This document shows positions 21,794-31,235 of a stretch of 64,000 bases of DNA, in pieces (within the stretch, counting starts at the first letter, position 1; each line of letters begins with the position of its first letter). A program made the position numbers and the translations under genes. The stretch covers positions 17,040-81,039 of the forward strand of contig CAWDOD010000007.1 of the NCBI GenBank assembly GCA_963803805.1, given 5' to 3'. The notes under the pieces are model-generated. The model had not been told where the DNA came from. It did not search any database and saw only the letters and a program-made list of their open reading frames with translations. Origin of the DNA: an uncultured cyanobacterium. GTDB taxonomy: Bacteria; Cyanobacteriota; Cyanobacteriia; Cyanobacteriales; CAWCAG01.

Positions 21794-23467
21794 ATGCTCT
21801 TGGAAAATCGTTACCAAGTCCTCCGTGCTTTGGGTCAAGGGGGTTTTGGTGAAACATTTTTAGCTGAAGATACTCATTTGCCTTCGGGCCGCCGTTGTGT
21901 TATCAAACAGCTAAAACCAGTTAACAATGACCCTAAAATTTATCAGGTGATCAAAGATCGCTTTCAAAGAGAAGCTGTAATGCTTGAAGAATTGGGAGCT
22001 GCAAATCAGCAAATTCCCAGTTTATACGCTTATTTTGAAAGTGATAATCAATTTTATCTCGTACAAGAATATATTGAAGGCACTACCTTAAGCAACCATC
22101 TACAAACTCACGGAACCCTTAGTGAAAGTTCTCTTCGAGAAATTCTCGTCAATCTTTTGCCTGTTTTAGATTATATCCACAGTAAGCGTATTATTCATCG
22201 GGACATCAAACCAGACAACATTATTTTGCGTAATGGGGATAGATTACCAGTTTTAATTGACTTTGGTGCAGTCAAAGAAGCAATGGGAACTTTGGTTTCT
22301 CCTTCTGGCCATGCAAACAGTTCCATTGTCATTGGTACACCGGGTTTTATGTCCTCAGAACAAAATGCAGGCAGGCCAGTATTTTCCAGTGACTTGTATA
22401 GTTTAAGCTTAACAGCCATTTACGGCTTGACCGGTAAAACACCCCAAGATTTAGAAAGCGATCCTCAAACAGGAGAGGTGATTTGGCGCAAGTATGCACC
22501 GACAGTAAGCCCTAGCTTAGCAGGTATTTTAGACAAAGCACTCCAATTTCATCCGCGCGATCGCTACAACAGTGCTTCAGAAATGCTAGCAGCACTCCAA
22601 GGCAATTCTCAATTTCCCCCTACTATTATTCCTCCTCCCCAGCCCTCTAACAATTTTGCATCGACGGAAGTGTCTATGCCTCCCGGTAGCGGAGGATATC
22701 CCCAGCAACCACCAACTGTAGTTTCAACATCCCCCCAATACTATCCCTCACCACCAGCAAACCAGCCTCATGCTTCGGGTGAGTGGCAAAAGGCAGTGAT
22801 TACAGGAGGAGTAGTGGGCTTGTTTATTTTGGCAGCCAGTGTGATTGCTGTACCAAGGTTGACAGAAGAGCAAGAAACAGCAAGCGAAACTACAGAGTCT
22901 CCGGTGGAAACGGTTGTAGAAGAGGAAGAGACACCTAAGCAAAATGAAGAACAAGCTGGTGTTCCTAGTACTTCACAAGCTAACAAAGTTGTACCACCAT
23001 CAACACAACAACCTGCACCAACATCAGTTCCTACACAAGCAGTCACATCTTCTGCACCATCTATTTCTCAACAAGAGGCCGTTAACTTAGTAAATAGCTG
23101 GCTGCAAGCAAAGCGGGAACTTTTTTCTCCTCCCTACAACCGACAAGCTGGGGCAGCATTGCTAACAGGTAAAGCTTATCAAGACAACATCAGAAAAACT
23201 GACGGTACTGAAAGCTCTGTAGATTGGCTAGAAAACAATAATTCCTACTATGAATACGGTGTACAAAATATCGATAACGTCGAAAGATTTGTCGCTAATG
23301 GCGACAATGCAACGGTTGAAGTTTTAGTAACAGAAGAACGAACCTTGTATAACAGTCGGGGAAGCATTGATCCTAATAACACAGCTTTAGATACAAATTT
23401 AGTTCGCTATAGTTTGCAGTTTGATGGCAGCAGTTGGAAGATTTCTGATTACAAAGTAATTAATTAA
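21794..23467 (+). CDS. Ser/Thr protein kinase with Pro-rich linker, one TM helix and a C-terminal DUF4101-like domain
   Basis: Kinase motifs GQGGFGETF, VIK, HRDIKPDNI, DFGAVK and GTPGFMSSEQ. TM segment VITGGVVGLFILAASVIAV. The C-terminal domain resembles ARC6/kinase-associated DUF4101. Confidence 0.85.
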   Translation: MLLENRYQVLRALGQGGFGETFLAEDTHLPSGRRCVIKQLKPVNNDPKIYQVIKDRFQREAVMLEELGAANQQIPSLYAYFESDNQFYLVQEYIEGTTLSNHLQTHGTLSESSLREILVNLLPVLDYIHSKRIIHRDIKPDNIILRNGDRLPVLIDFGAVKEAMGTLVSPSGHANSSIVIGTPGFMSSEQNAGRPVFSSDLYSLSLTAIYGLTGKTPQDLESDPQTGEVIWRKYAPTVSPSLAGILDKALQFHPRDRYNSASEMLAALQGNSQFPPTIIPPPQPSNNFASTEVSMPPGSGGYPQQPPTVVSTSPQYYPSPPANQPHASGEWQKAVITGGVVGLFILAASVIAVPRLTEEQETASETTESPVETVVEEEETPKQNEEQAGVPSTSQANKVVPPSTQQPAPTSVPTQAVTSSAPSISQQEAVNLVNSWLQAKRELFSPPYNRQAGAALLTGKAYQDNIRKTDGTESSVDWLENNNSYYEYGVQNIDNVERFVANGDNATVEVLVTEERTLYNSRGSIDPNNTALDTNLVRYSLQFDGSSWKISDYKVIN

Positions 23468-23485
23468 CGCAAGGCTTAACTAGAT

Positions 23486-24679
23486 ATGAAATCTGAAAGA
23501 AGAAAATCATTCAGGAAAAAGCCAAGCCTATCTAAATTCAAGTTTCTGGCTACTGCTAGCTTGGTGGCAATTGTAGTTACAGGAATGGGATTGAAATTGC
23601 TTGCATTGCATAATTCATCACCAGAAACGGGCATTAATTCTCCTGTATCATCGCCTGAAAATACTCCCTCAGAAACTTTCCCTCTTACAGAAAGTTCGAC
23701 TTCTGCTACTTCATCTCAGATTGTAGTCTCTCCTTTCATTTACCAAGGGAAAGAACTGATTTACAACGTCACTCAACCCCCTAACTTTGAAAACAGTCAA
23801 AGATTAGAGGAAATAGTTCAGGAAATAGTTAATCTGAGTGCAGCTAGAAATTTACCAACAGATTCTCTATCAATTACTTTGATTGATATAAATTCTGGAG
23901 AATTTGCAGAATTTAATCAGTCTGTACCTCGATATCCTGCTAGCGTTGTTAAATTATTTTGGCTCACTGCTCTCTATAGTCAACTTGCATCTGGTATTGG
24001 GTTAGAAGATCAAGAATTAGAAAAAGAAATTTACCAGATGATGGAAAAATCAGATAATGAAGCAGCTAGTAAGATAGTTGATCGATTAACTGGTACAGAA
24101 TCAGGAGAATTTACCAGTGAGCAAGAATTTGTCAGTTGGCACGAAAAACGTTCATGGCTAAACCGTTTTTTTGCTCAAGCTGGCTATCAGGATATTTATA
24201 TTAGTCAGAAAACTTTTCCTATTCCTTATCTCAAATATGATAGTCCAGAAGGATTAGATCAGCAGATGCGAGGTGATGATTTACAAAATCCAATCCGCAA
24301 TCAAGTAACTACAGAACAAGTAAGCAGATTAATATATGAAATTGTTCAGGGAAAATCTGTTTCTCCTCAATACAGCGAAAAAATATTAACTATACTAAAA
24401 AAAGATTTACGTCCAGCCGCTTGGGAAAATATAGATACTAATATAGAATTTAACCCTATTAGAGCTTTTTTTGGAGAGTATTTACCTCCTGAAGAAGTAG
24501 AAATTTTCTCTAAGGCTGGATGGACTTCTAGAGGTAGACAGGAAGTAGCTTATGTTAAAAGTTTTGATGGAAATGTAGCTTATATATTGGCGATTTTTGC
24601 TGAAGATTCCGGCTATGCTACTGATTGGAAAGCTTTCCCTGGAATATCGAGGTTAGTTTATGACAGGATGTCAAAATAA
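23486..24679 (+). CDS. Class-A beta-lactamase-like serine hydrolase, secreted or lipid-anchored
   Basis: 397 aa. N-terminal TM/signal segment. SxxK motif (ASVVK). Gene is tightly spaced after the kinase. Confidence 0.6.
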   Translation: MKSERRKSFRKKPSLSKFKFLATASLVAIVVTGMGLKLLALHNSSPETGINSPVSSPENTPSETFPLTESSTSATSSQIVVSPFIYQGKELIYNVTQPPNFENSQRLEEIVQEIVNLSAARNLPTDSLSITLIDINSGEFAEFNQSVPRYPASVVKLFWLTALYSQLASGIGLEDQELEKEIYQMMEKSDNEAASKIVDRLTGTESGEFTSEQEFVSWHEKRSWLNRFFAQAGYQDIYISQKTFPIPYLKYDSPEGLDQQMRGDDLQNPIRNQVTTEQVSRLIYEIVQGKSVSPQYSEKILTILKKDLRPAAWENIDTNIEFNPIRAFFGEYLPPEEVEIFSKAGWTSRGRQEVAYVKSFDGNVAYILAIFAEDSGYATDWKAFPGISRLVYDRMSK

Positions 24680-24696
24680 ATGTAGCTTGAGGAATT

Positions 24697-25416
24697 TTAA
24701 ATCGTCTCTGGATCTATGTCTAATTCCCGTAGCTTAGCTGCGAATCTTTCTGCGCGGGTAGCTAACTCTTTTAAAGTAGGAACTAACTTCCCTTCCGTAG
24801 TGAAAAAACGTAACTGCTCGTTGTGAATCCCTAAATACAAACCTAACTGCTGACTCCACAGGCGCTCTTGGGTATCAGCTTCTAGAGGCTGATACTCTCC
24901 ATCTACTAAATGAAAGCCTGCCAATTCTAAGCTGTAGGGGTCAAACCAGAAATAATCTGGGGTGCGGAAGGTGTTTTCATAAAGTTGTTTTTTGAAGTCT
25001 TTATCTATATTCGCGGTACTAGAAGAAAGAATTTCCACAATCACATGGGGATATTGACCATTTTCTTCCCACACTACCCAGCTTTTTCTCGTTTTCCTTT
25101 CTGCTCCCAAAACCACGAAAAAGTCTGGGCCACGAAAGTCTTCTGATTTCTTCTGGTTAGGACTATAGTAAATGGTGAGATTACCAGCACTATAGAAATC
25201 GTTTCTATCTTTCCATAACCATTCGAGGCTTTGCAACAAGATAATTATTTGCCGTAGATGCAGTTCAGTTTCCAAGGGGGGTTCATTACTGTACAAGTCA
25301 CCAGGAGGAAAGATAACATCTTCTGGCTGTTCCCTCCAAGTTTCCCCAGGTGATGCCGGGATTGTATCTGCTTGCAGGCTATTTTGGTTAGAGGCAAGTT
25401 CTTTGGCAACAGACAT
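24697..25416 (-). CDS. Uma2-family (DUF820) PD-(D/E)xK endonuclease-like protein
   Basis: 239 aa. Characteristic cyanobacterial Uma2 layout ending in LRELDIDPE. Confidence 0.8.
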   Translation of the reverse strand: MSVAKELASNQNSLQADTIPASPGETWREQPEDVIFPPGDLYSNEPPLETELHLRQIIILLQSLEWLWKDRNDFYSAGNLTIYYSPNQKKSEDFRGPDFFVVLGAERKTRKSWVVWEENGQYPHVIVEILSSSTANIDKDFKKQLYENTFRTPDYFWFDPYSLELAGFHLVDGEYQPLEADTQERLWSQQLGLYLGIHNEQLRFFTTEGKLVPTLKELATRAERFAAKLRELDIDPETI

Positions 25417-25523
25417 AACTGCGGAGAGGAGTTTAAATGGTTATGTTTATTTTAGCGCTAGGATGGGAGAGAATATACTGTAGTTGGCACAATTAAGCTA
25501 CTCTTGACAGTACCCGTCAGCCC

Positions 25524-26939
25524 TTAATCCCTATTTTTCACCCAAATCTTAACTGTAGAATCCGCCCCACCACTAACAATTGTTTGACCATCAGGGCTAT
25601 AAGCAAGGGACATTACCTCATCACTATGACCTTTAAGAGTATACATTTCCTCACCTTTGTTAAGATCCCAAATTTTAATATACTTACTCCAGCTACCACT
25701 AATCAAATTCTTACCATCAGGAGAAAAAGCAACTGCCCCAACTCTATCTAAATGTCCTCGTAAAGTACAAATTTGTTCTCCAGTTTCTACTTTCCAAAGA
25801 TATATGTGACAATTAAAACCTCCTGTAGCTATAGTTTGACTATCAGGACTAATTGCTACAGATAATACCCCCGATTTACCCTTCACAGAACGAATCAACT
25901 TACCATTAGCCAATTTTCTAACTCTTAACGCTTTTTCCATACCACCTCCCACAAAGAAATTACCATTTGAACTAATAGCAACCGAAAGAACTTGTGCAGA
26001 ATAGCCTGTTAAATCATAAAGCTCTTTACCTGTATTAATTTGCCAAATTTTAATAGTTTTATCGGCCCCACCACTAATAATCTTTTTTCTATCGGGACTA
26101 ATCGCAACACTTAAGACTGTATCTCTATGTCCTCCTAACCAACTACCAAAAGTTTGAACTAATTTACCTGTACTTAACTGCCAAAGTTTAATGGTTTTAT
26201 CTGCACTACCACTAGCTAAAGTTTTGCCATCAGGATTAAAAACCACACAAGAAATTGCGGCGGAATGTCCTGTTAATGTCCGAATTTCTCGACCTGTATG
26301 CAATTGAAAAAGTTTAATTGTACCATCATAGCTACCACTAGCTAATATTCTACCATCAGGACTTATAGCAACAGAAGAAACTTTTCCTTTATGCTTTTTC
26401 AGTGTCTGGTTACATTGCCAAGGGGTATTACTATCTTGGGTATTAGTTGCTGTTGGTTGTTGATAGTAACTTTGTTGCAGATTTTGTTCTCGCTTAATTT
26501 TCTTCGCTGTTTCAAAGTCACTCTCTGCCCGTAAGGAATAGCCAACCCTTTCATAAATAAAACCGCGATATAAATAAGCCTTAATGTAATCTGGTTTTAA
26601 TCTAATGGCGTGGGTAAAATCATCAATAGCACGGTCAAATTTCTTCTTTTCATAGTTGGTTACTCCTCTGTTATAAAAAACTTCCCAAGGTTCACTGGGA
26701 GTAGAAACTTTAGTTTTAATTGTTCCCTGGCGATAAGGAGGTTTGTAAAATTTGAGCTTCTCGTAAGCTTCATTGATTAACTTAATTTTTTCTTCGGCTT
26801 CTTCTTTGAGATGAGGTTCTGTCGCAAATCGATCTGGATGCCAAGTTTTTGCCATTTGACGATAGGCTTGCTTAATATCTTTCTGGGAAGCACCAGGTTT
26901 TAACCCTAAAATCTCGTAATATTGATTTATAGTAGTCAT
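25524..26939 (-). CDS. J-domain (DnaJ) + TPR + WD40-repeat protein
   Basis: N-terminus YYEILGLKPGASQKDIKQAYRQMAKTWHPDR carries the HPD motif. TPR segment present. About 7 WD repeats (GH...WD/WQ). Confidence 0.8.
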   Translation of the reverse strand: MTTINQYYEILGLKPGASQKDIKQAYRQMAKTWHPDRFATEPHLKEEAEEKIKLINEAYEKLKFYKPPYRQGTIKTKVSTPSEPWEVFYNRGVTNYEKKKFDRAIDDFTHAIRLKPDYIKAYLYRGFIYERVGYSLRAESDFETAKKIKREQNLQQSYYQQPTATNTQDSNTPWQCNQTLKKHKGKVSSVAISPDGRILASGSYDGTIKLFQLHTGREIRTLTGHSAAISCVVFNPDGKTLASGSADKTIKLWQLSTGKLVQTFGSWLGGHRDTVLSVAISPDRKKIISGGADKTIKIWQINTGKELYDLTGYSAQVLSVAISSNGNFFVGGGMEKALRVRKLANGKLIRSVKGKSGVLSVAISPDSQTIATGGFNCHIYLWKVETGEQICTLRGHLDRVGAVAFSPDGKNLISGSWSKYIKIWDLNKGEEMYTLKGHSDEVMSLAYSPDGQTIVSGGADSTVKIWVKNRD

Positions 26940-26947
26940 CTACTAAT

Positions 26948-26980
26948 TAAGTAATAAGTGATAAGTAATAAGTGATAAGT
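26948..26980. repeat. STRR-like tandem heptamers (taagtaa / taagtga)
   Basis: About 4.5 units. Confidence 0.6.
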
Positions 26981-27165
26981 TTATTGAGCTTGAGTTAATA
27001 CCATTTTGCCAAAATAACGACGAAATTGCTCTTATGTTTAAGGGGTCTAAAATAGAGGATGGGATGATTTCGCCCTGTATTCTTGATTGGTTTTAAGATT
27101 CCCTTTTTAGTAGTAGAATATTATTGCTCCCAAAAAAATCTGTTTCTGTGTAACCTCAACAAGCT

Positions 27166-27516
27166 ATGCCTTTCATTAAAGTACAAACATCTGTTCCCAC
27201 TCCTGAAAAAAACACAGTAGAGAGTATGTTAAAAATCCTCTCTAATAAACTAGCAACTCATTTTAACAAATCAGAATCCTATGTAATGACAGCTTTTGAA
27301 CCAGAAATTGCTATGACTTTCGGTGGTACTACCGAACCAGTTTGTTTTATTGAAATCAAGAATATTGGTACAATGACTCCAGAACAAACTAAAGCAATGA
27401 GTGAAGATTTTTGTCAGGTAGTTAATGAAAAATTAGCAGTACCAAAAAATAGGATTTATCTAGAATTTGCTGATGCAAAAAGGCATTTATGGGGATGGAA
27501 TGGGACTACCTTTTAA
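27166..27516 (+). CDS. MIF / phenylpyruvate tautomerase family protein
   Basis: 116 aa starting MPFIKVQTSV (the Pro-1 catalytic residue follows Met). MIF fold length. Confidence 0.65.
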   Translation: MPFIKVQTSVPTPEKNTVESMLKILSNKLATHFNKSESYVMTAFEPEIAMTFGGTTEPVCFIEIKNIGTMTPEQTKAMSEDFCQVVNEKLAVPKNRIYLEFADAKRHLWGWNGTTF

Positions 27517-27751
27517 GTGATGATGAGGTATAAGCTGTCAGGAATTTAGATCACCTCACTTCTATAGGTGATCTCACCTCTTTTCTAGAGTAAACAACCC
27601 TAAAAAGTAGAAGTAAAGCATCTGCTTAATATACTGAATTTGCTCCACCTTCAATAACTTTGAGTAATTCCTCTACAATAAGTTGAATACTCACATCTTT
27701 AGAGAACTCCAATAAATAAAATATCCTCACCAAGTATAAGATTTTAGCAAC

Positions 27752-27812
27752 TAGCAACTAGCAACTAGCTTATCGCTTTTGGATAAGTTTTTTCTCAGTT
27801 CTCTCTTACTTT
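27752..27812. repeat. Copy B of a ~50-nt dispersed hairpin-containing repeat (agcaactagcttatcgctttt-gataagt ... ttctctctta), preceded by a (tagcaac)x3 heptamer array
   Basis: About 90% identical to 18766..18822. Central palindrome cttatc / gataag. Confidence 0.6.
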
Positions 27813-27937
27813 CTGCCCTTGCAGGTACAACCCAAGCAGAACAAGATACTATATAAATCTCTGTAGGGATCGCATTAAAGTTGCAAACGGTTTATTTTAT
27901 GCTCCCTACTCCCTTAACCCAACAAGCAATACAAATG

Positions 27938-28095
27938 CCTGACGGCTTAAATGTGATATTATAACTCCCGTCGGTTCTAACGGGGAGCAGTCGTTAGAGG
28001 TAAGGGGGAAAGTTCGGTGTAAACCCGGCACTGTCCCGCAACTGTGAAGAAACTAGGTAGATAAGGTTTCTAAGTCAGAATGCCCGCCGATTGTT
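27938..28095 (+). ncRNA. Cobalamin (B12) riboswitch
   Basis: Core AGGGGGAAAGTTCGGTGTAAACCCGGCACTGTCCCGCAACTGTGA matches the B12-box consensus (GGTG..AA.CC ... GCCACTG..CCCGCAACTGT). 3' element AGTCAGAATGCCCGCC. Lies upstream of hupE/ureJ-cobW. Confidence 0.7.
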
Positions 28096-28303
28096 ACAGC
28101 TTAAAATCAAGATTCATCTGCGAGGTACGGATGTTACAACAAGTAAATCAATCTTACGAGAAAAATCTTAAGCTCAGATACAGATTTTCCTCAAGTAATT
28201 CCTAAATTGCTGGTTAGTGAACTTGTTTAGCCATAAACGAAACTTTGTAAAAATGAATTAAAACAGTTGCTGTAACAAGAAACAACTGTCTCTTTTATTA
28301 AGT

Positions 28304-29011
28304 ATGGAGATGTCCAATCTCTATTACTTATCAACGACCAATTTATTTACTAAAAATATGAACAAACAAACAAAATTTCCTGGGCTAACTCAACTTTCAC
28401 CTTTAGTTATCGCCACAATCTTATTAGCATTATTCAACTGTCTATTAATAGCTAATCCTGCCGCAGCACACCATCCCTTTGGTGGTACAACTCCCACCAA
28501 TTTATCACAAGGATTTCTTTCTGGTTTAGGGCATCCAGTTATTGGTATAGACCACTTTATTTTTACCGTTGCTATTGGCTTATTAGCTGCTTTAAGAAAA
28601 CCCCAAGGTATATTCATTGCCGTTGCTTTTATCTTAGCTACTCTAGGGGGAACAGGACTACATTTAATGGGTTTAGATTTGCCTTTTCCTGAAACAGCGA
28701 TCGCCACTTCTGTTTTAGTTATTGGCTTGATGTTGGGATTAAAAAACAATCTCAATTTAATCGCTATAGTAGTTGCCGCAGCATTAGGGGGAATATTCCA
28801 CGGTTACGCCTACGGAGAAGCCATTGTTGGGGCAGAAATGACTCCTTTAATTGCTTACTTAACAGGCTTTGCTTCCATTCAATTAGTAGTAGCCTTAACC
28901 GCCTACCAAATCAGTACAATCATGTTCAATAAATTTGCTGAACAATTTGAATTGTATTTGCGCTTTGCTGGCTTTACTATCTTAGGTATGGGAACAGCTT
29001 TTCTCTTTTAA
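28304..29011 (+). CDS. hupE: HupE/UreJ-family metal (cobalt/nickel) transporter
   Basis: Signal peptide, then HHPFGG. About 6 TM helices with conserved His (GHPVIGIDHF, FHGYAYGEA). The true start is probably the internal Met near 28358. Confidence 0.75.
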   Translation: MEMSNLYYLSTTNLFTKNMNKQTKFPGLTQLSPLVIATILLALFNCLLIANPAAAHHPFGGTTPTNLSQGFLSGLGHPVIGIDHFIFTVAIGLLAALRKPQGIFIAVAFILATLGGTGLHLMGLDLPFPETAIATSVLVIGLMLGLKNNLNLIAIVVAAALGGIFHGYAYGEAIVGAEMTPLIAYLTGFASIQLVVALTAYQISTIMFNKFAEQFELYLRFAGFTILGMGTAFLF

Positions 29012-29069
29012 TTATTACCTAAATATAACTCTTCACAATTGATTAATTTTCAATTACCAAAATATTCCT

Positions 29070-30104
29070 ATGCACAAAATTCCTGTCACAGTTGTAACCG
29101 GCTTTCTCGGCGCTGGTAAAACCACCTTAGTACGTCATTTATTACAAAACAATCAAGGACGAAAAATAGCCGTTCTAGTTAACGAATTTGGTGAAGTTGG
29201 TATAGATGGGGACTTGTTGCGTTCCTGTCAAATTTGCGACGATGAATCTGAACCAGAAAATAATATTGTCGAACTTACCAACGGCTGCCTTTGCTGTACT
29301 GTTCAAGAAGAATTTTATCCTACTATGCAAGAACTATTAAAAAGGCAGGATAAAATTGATTGCTTGCTAGTAGAAACGTCGGGTTTAGCCCTTCCTAAAC
29401 CTTTAATTAAAGCCTTCCGGTGGCCAGAAATTCGTAATGGTGCAACAGTGGATGGGGTAGTTACTGTGGTTGATTGTCAGGCACTGGCAGAAGGGACTTT
29501 GGTAGGGGATTTAGAAGCCCTGGAAGCCCAGCGAAAAGAAGATCCTAACCTAGACCACGAAACTCCTATTGAAGAACTGTTTGAAGACCAGCTAGCTTGT
29601 GCAGATTTGGTATTGCTAACCAAGGTGGATCAGGTGGATGAGGCAAGCAGAATTAAGGTTGAAAAATGGTTGCAACAAGAATTACCCAAGGGAGTTAAAA
29701 TCGTCCCTTGCAACCAGGGAGAAGTTAGTCCAGAAGTCTTACTTGGTTTCAATGCTGCGGTGGAAGATAATCTCGAAACTCGCCCTAGTCACCATGACAC
29801 TGAAGAAGATCATGAACATGATGAGGAAATTAATTCAGTACAGTTAGTTTTAGAAAAAAGTTTTGAACCAAAAACCTTGATTAGTAAATTAAAAACCTTG
29901 GTACAAGCAGAGGAAATTTATCGGGTTAAGGGTTTTGTAGATGTTCCCAACAAACCTATGCGTTTGGTATTACAAGGAGTAGGAAATCGCTTCGATTCGT
30001 TTTATGATCGACCTTGGGAAACTAAAGAACTTCGTCAAACTAGGTTAGTAGTAATTGGTCGCAACCTTAACCAGGGGAAAATAGAACAAGCTATCCTTAA
30101 TTAA
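29070..30104 (+). CDS. cobW: CobW-family (COG0523) GTPase metallochaperone with His/Asp/Glu-rich linker
   Basis: P-loop GFLGAGKTT. GCLCCT metal-binding motif. Linker HHDTEEDHEHDEE. Position downstream of the B12 riboswitch. Confidence 0.8.
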   Translation: MHKIPVTVVTGFLGAGKTTLVRHLLQNNQGRKIAVLVNEFGEVGIDGDLLRSCQICDDESEPENNIVELTNGCLCCTVQEEFYPTMQELLKRQDKIDCLLVETSGLALPKPLIKAFRWPEIRNGATVDGVVTVVDCQALAEGTLVGDLEALEAQRKEDPNLDHETPIEELFEDQLACADLVLLTKVDQVDEASRIKVEKWLQQELPKGVKIVPCNQGEVSPEVLLGFNAAVEDNLETRPSHHDTEEDHEHDEEINSVQLVLEKSFEPKTLISKLKTLVQAEEIYRVKGFVDVPNKPMRLVLQGVGNRFDSFYDRPWETKELRQTRLVVIGRNLNQGKIEQAILN

Positions 30105-30111
30105 GGAAAAA

Positions 30112-30183
30112 GCCGATGGAGGGATTTGAACCCACGACCCATCGCTTACGAAGCGATCGCTCTACCACTGAGCTACATCGGCA
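30112..30183 (-). tRNA. tRNA-Thr (anticodon CGU), canonical, CCA not encoded
   Basis: Folded by hand: acceptor GCCGATG/CATCGGC, D GCTC/GAGC, anticodon stem ATCGC/GCGAT with loop TTCGTAA, T arm GTGGG-TTCAAAT-CCCTC. 72 nt. Confidence 0.85.
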
Positions 30184-30220
30184 TTGCCAATTAATTATTA
30201 TAACCTATATTCAGTTGTCA

Positions 30221-30253
30221 CCATTAGCAATTAGCTATTAGCAACTAGCAATG
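30221..30253. repeat. STRR-like tandem heptamers (attagca family)
   Basis: Units ccattagc-aattagc-tattagc-aactagc upstream of the ABC ATPase gene. Confidence 0.55.
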
Positions 30254-31054
30254 AATCAAGATAGCTATAGATTGCGGGCGGAAAAATTAGTTCTGGGTTA
30301 CGATAACACGGTAATTATTAAAGAACTTGATCTGGCTATTCCTAACAGCAAAATCACTGTTTTGGTGGGGGCTAATGGTTGTGGGAAATCTACTTTATTA
30401 AGAGGGATGGCACGTTTGCTTAAACCTCGTAGTGGTGTGGTTTATCTTGATGGAGAAGATATTAACCAACTACCGACTAAAGAAGTAGCACGAAACCTCG
30501 CTATGTTGCCCCAAAATCCTCTTACTCCAGAAGGATTAACCGTACAAAATTTGGTTTCTCAAGGACGTTTTCCCTATCATAATTGGTGGCAACAATGGTC
30601 AAAGGAAGATGAAGAAAAAGTTGAAGCTGCCTTAGAAATTACGAAAATGATTGAGTTGCGATCGCGCAACTTAGATACCCTTTCAGGAGGACAAAGGCAA
30701 AGGGCTTGGATCGCTATGACTTTAGCCCAAGATACAGATATTATCCTTTTAGATGAGCCAACAACTTTCTTGGATTTAGCTTATCAAATGGAAATCTTAG
30801 ATTTACTTTGGGAATCACATAAAACTCAAGGCAGAACTATTGTGATGGTACTCCATGATCTTAATCAAGCTTGTCGCTATGGAGATTATTTAGTTGCGAT
30901 TAAAGGAGGCAAGATTTATGCCAAAGGTAAGCCGGATCAAGTAATGACAAAAACAATGGTTAAGGAAGTTTTTGGAATTAAGAGTAAAATTATTATTAAT
31001 CCTATTACAAAAACCCCCTTATGCTTACCAATTGGGGAAAGGGAAAACTCATAG
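30251..31054 (+). CDS. ABC transporter ATP-binding protein, FecE/FepC/BtuD-like; orphan, with no adjacent permease or substrate-binding gene
   Basis: Walker A GANGCGKST. Signature LSGGQRQR. Walker B ILLDEPT. H-loop LHDL. Confidence 0.8.
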   Translation: MNQDSYRLRAEKLVLGYDNTVIIKELDLAIPNSKITVLVGANGCGKSTLLRGMARLLKPRSGVVYLDGEDINQLPTKEVARNLAMLPQNPLTPEGLTVQNLVSQGRFPYHNWWQQWSKEDEEKVEAALEITKMIELRSRNLDTLSGGQRQRAWIAMTLAQDTDIILLDEPTTFLDLAYQMEILDLLWESHKTQGRTIVMVLHDLNQACRYGDYLVAIKGGKIYAKGKPDQVMTKTMVKEVFGIKSKIIINPITKTPLCLPIGERENS

Positions 31055-31235
31055 AATAAACTTACAACATACCTGAAATAAAAGGAGATTTATTAATCCT
31101 AAAAATGTTAGTTATCAACATTGAAGCTTTTAAAAAAAAGAGTTTCGTATAATGCTGCTAAAACTTACACCAATCAACTTCAAAAAAGTCTTGCTGATTT
31201 ACTGACTTGGTTAGATAATAATTGACTAATTGAAC

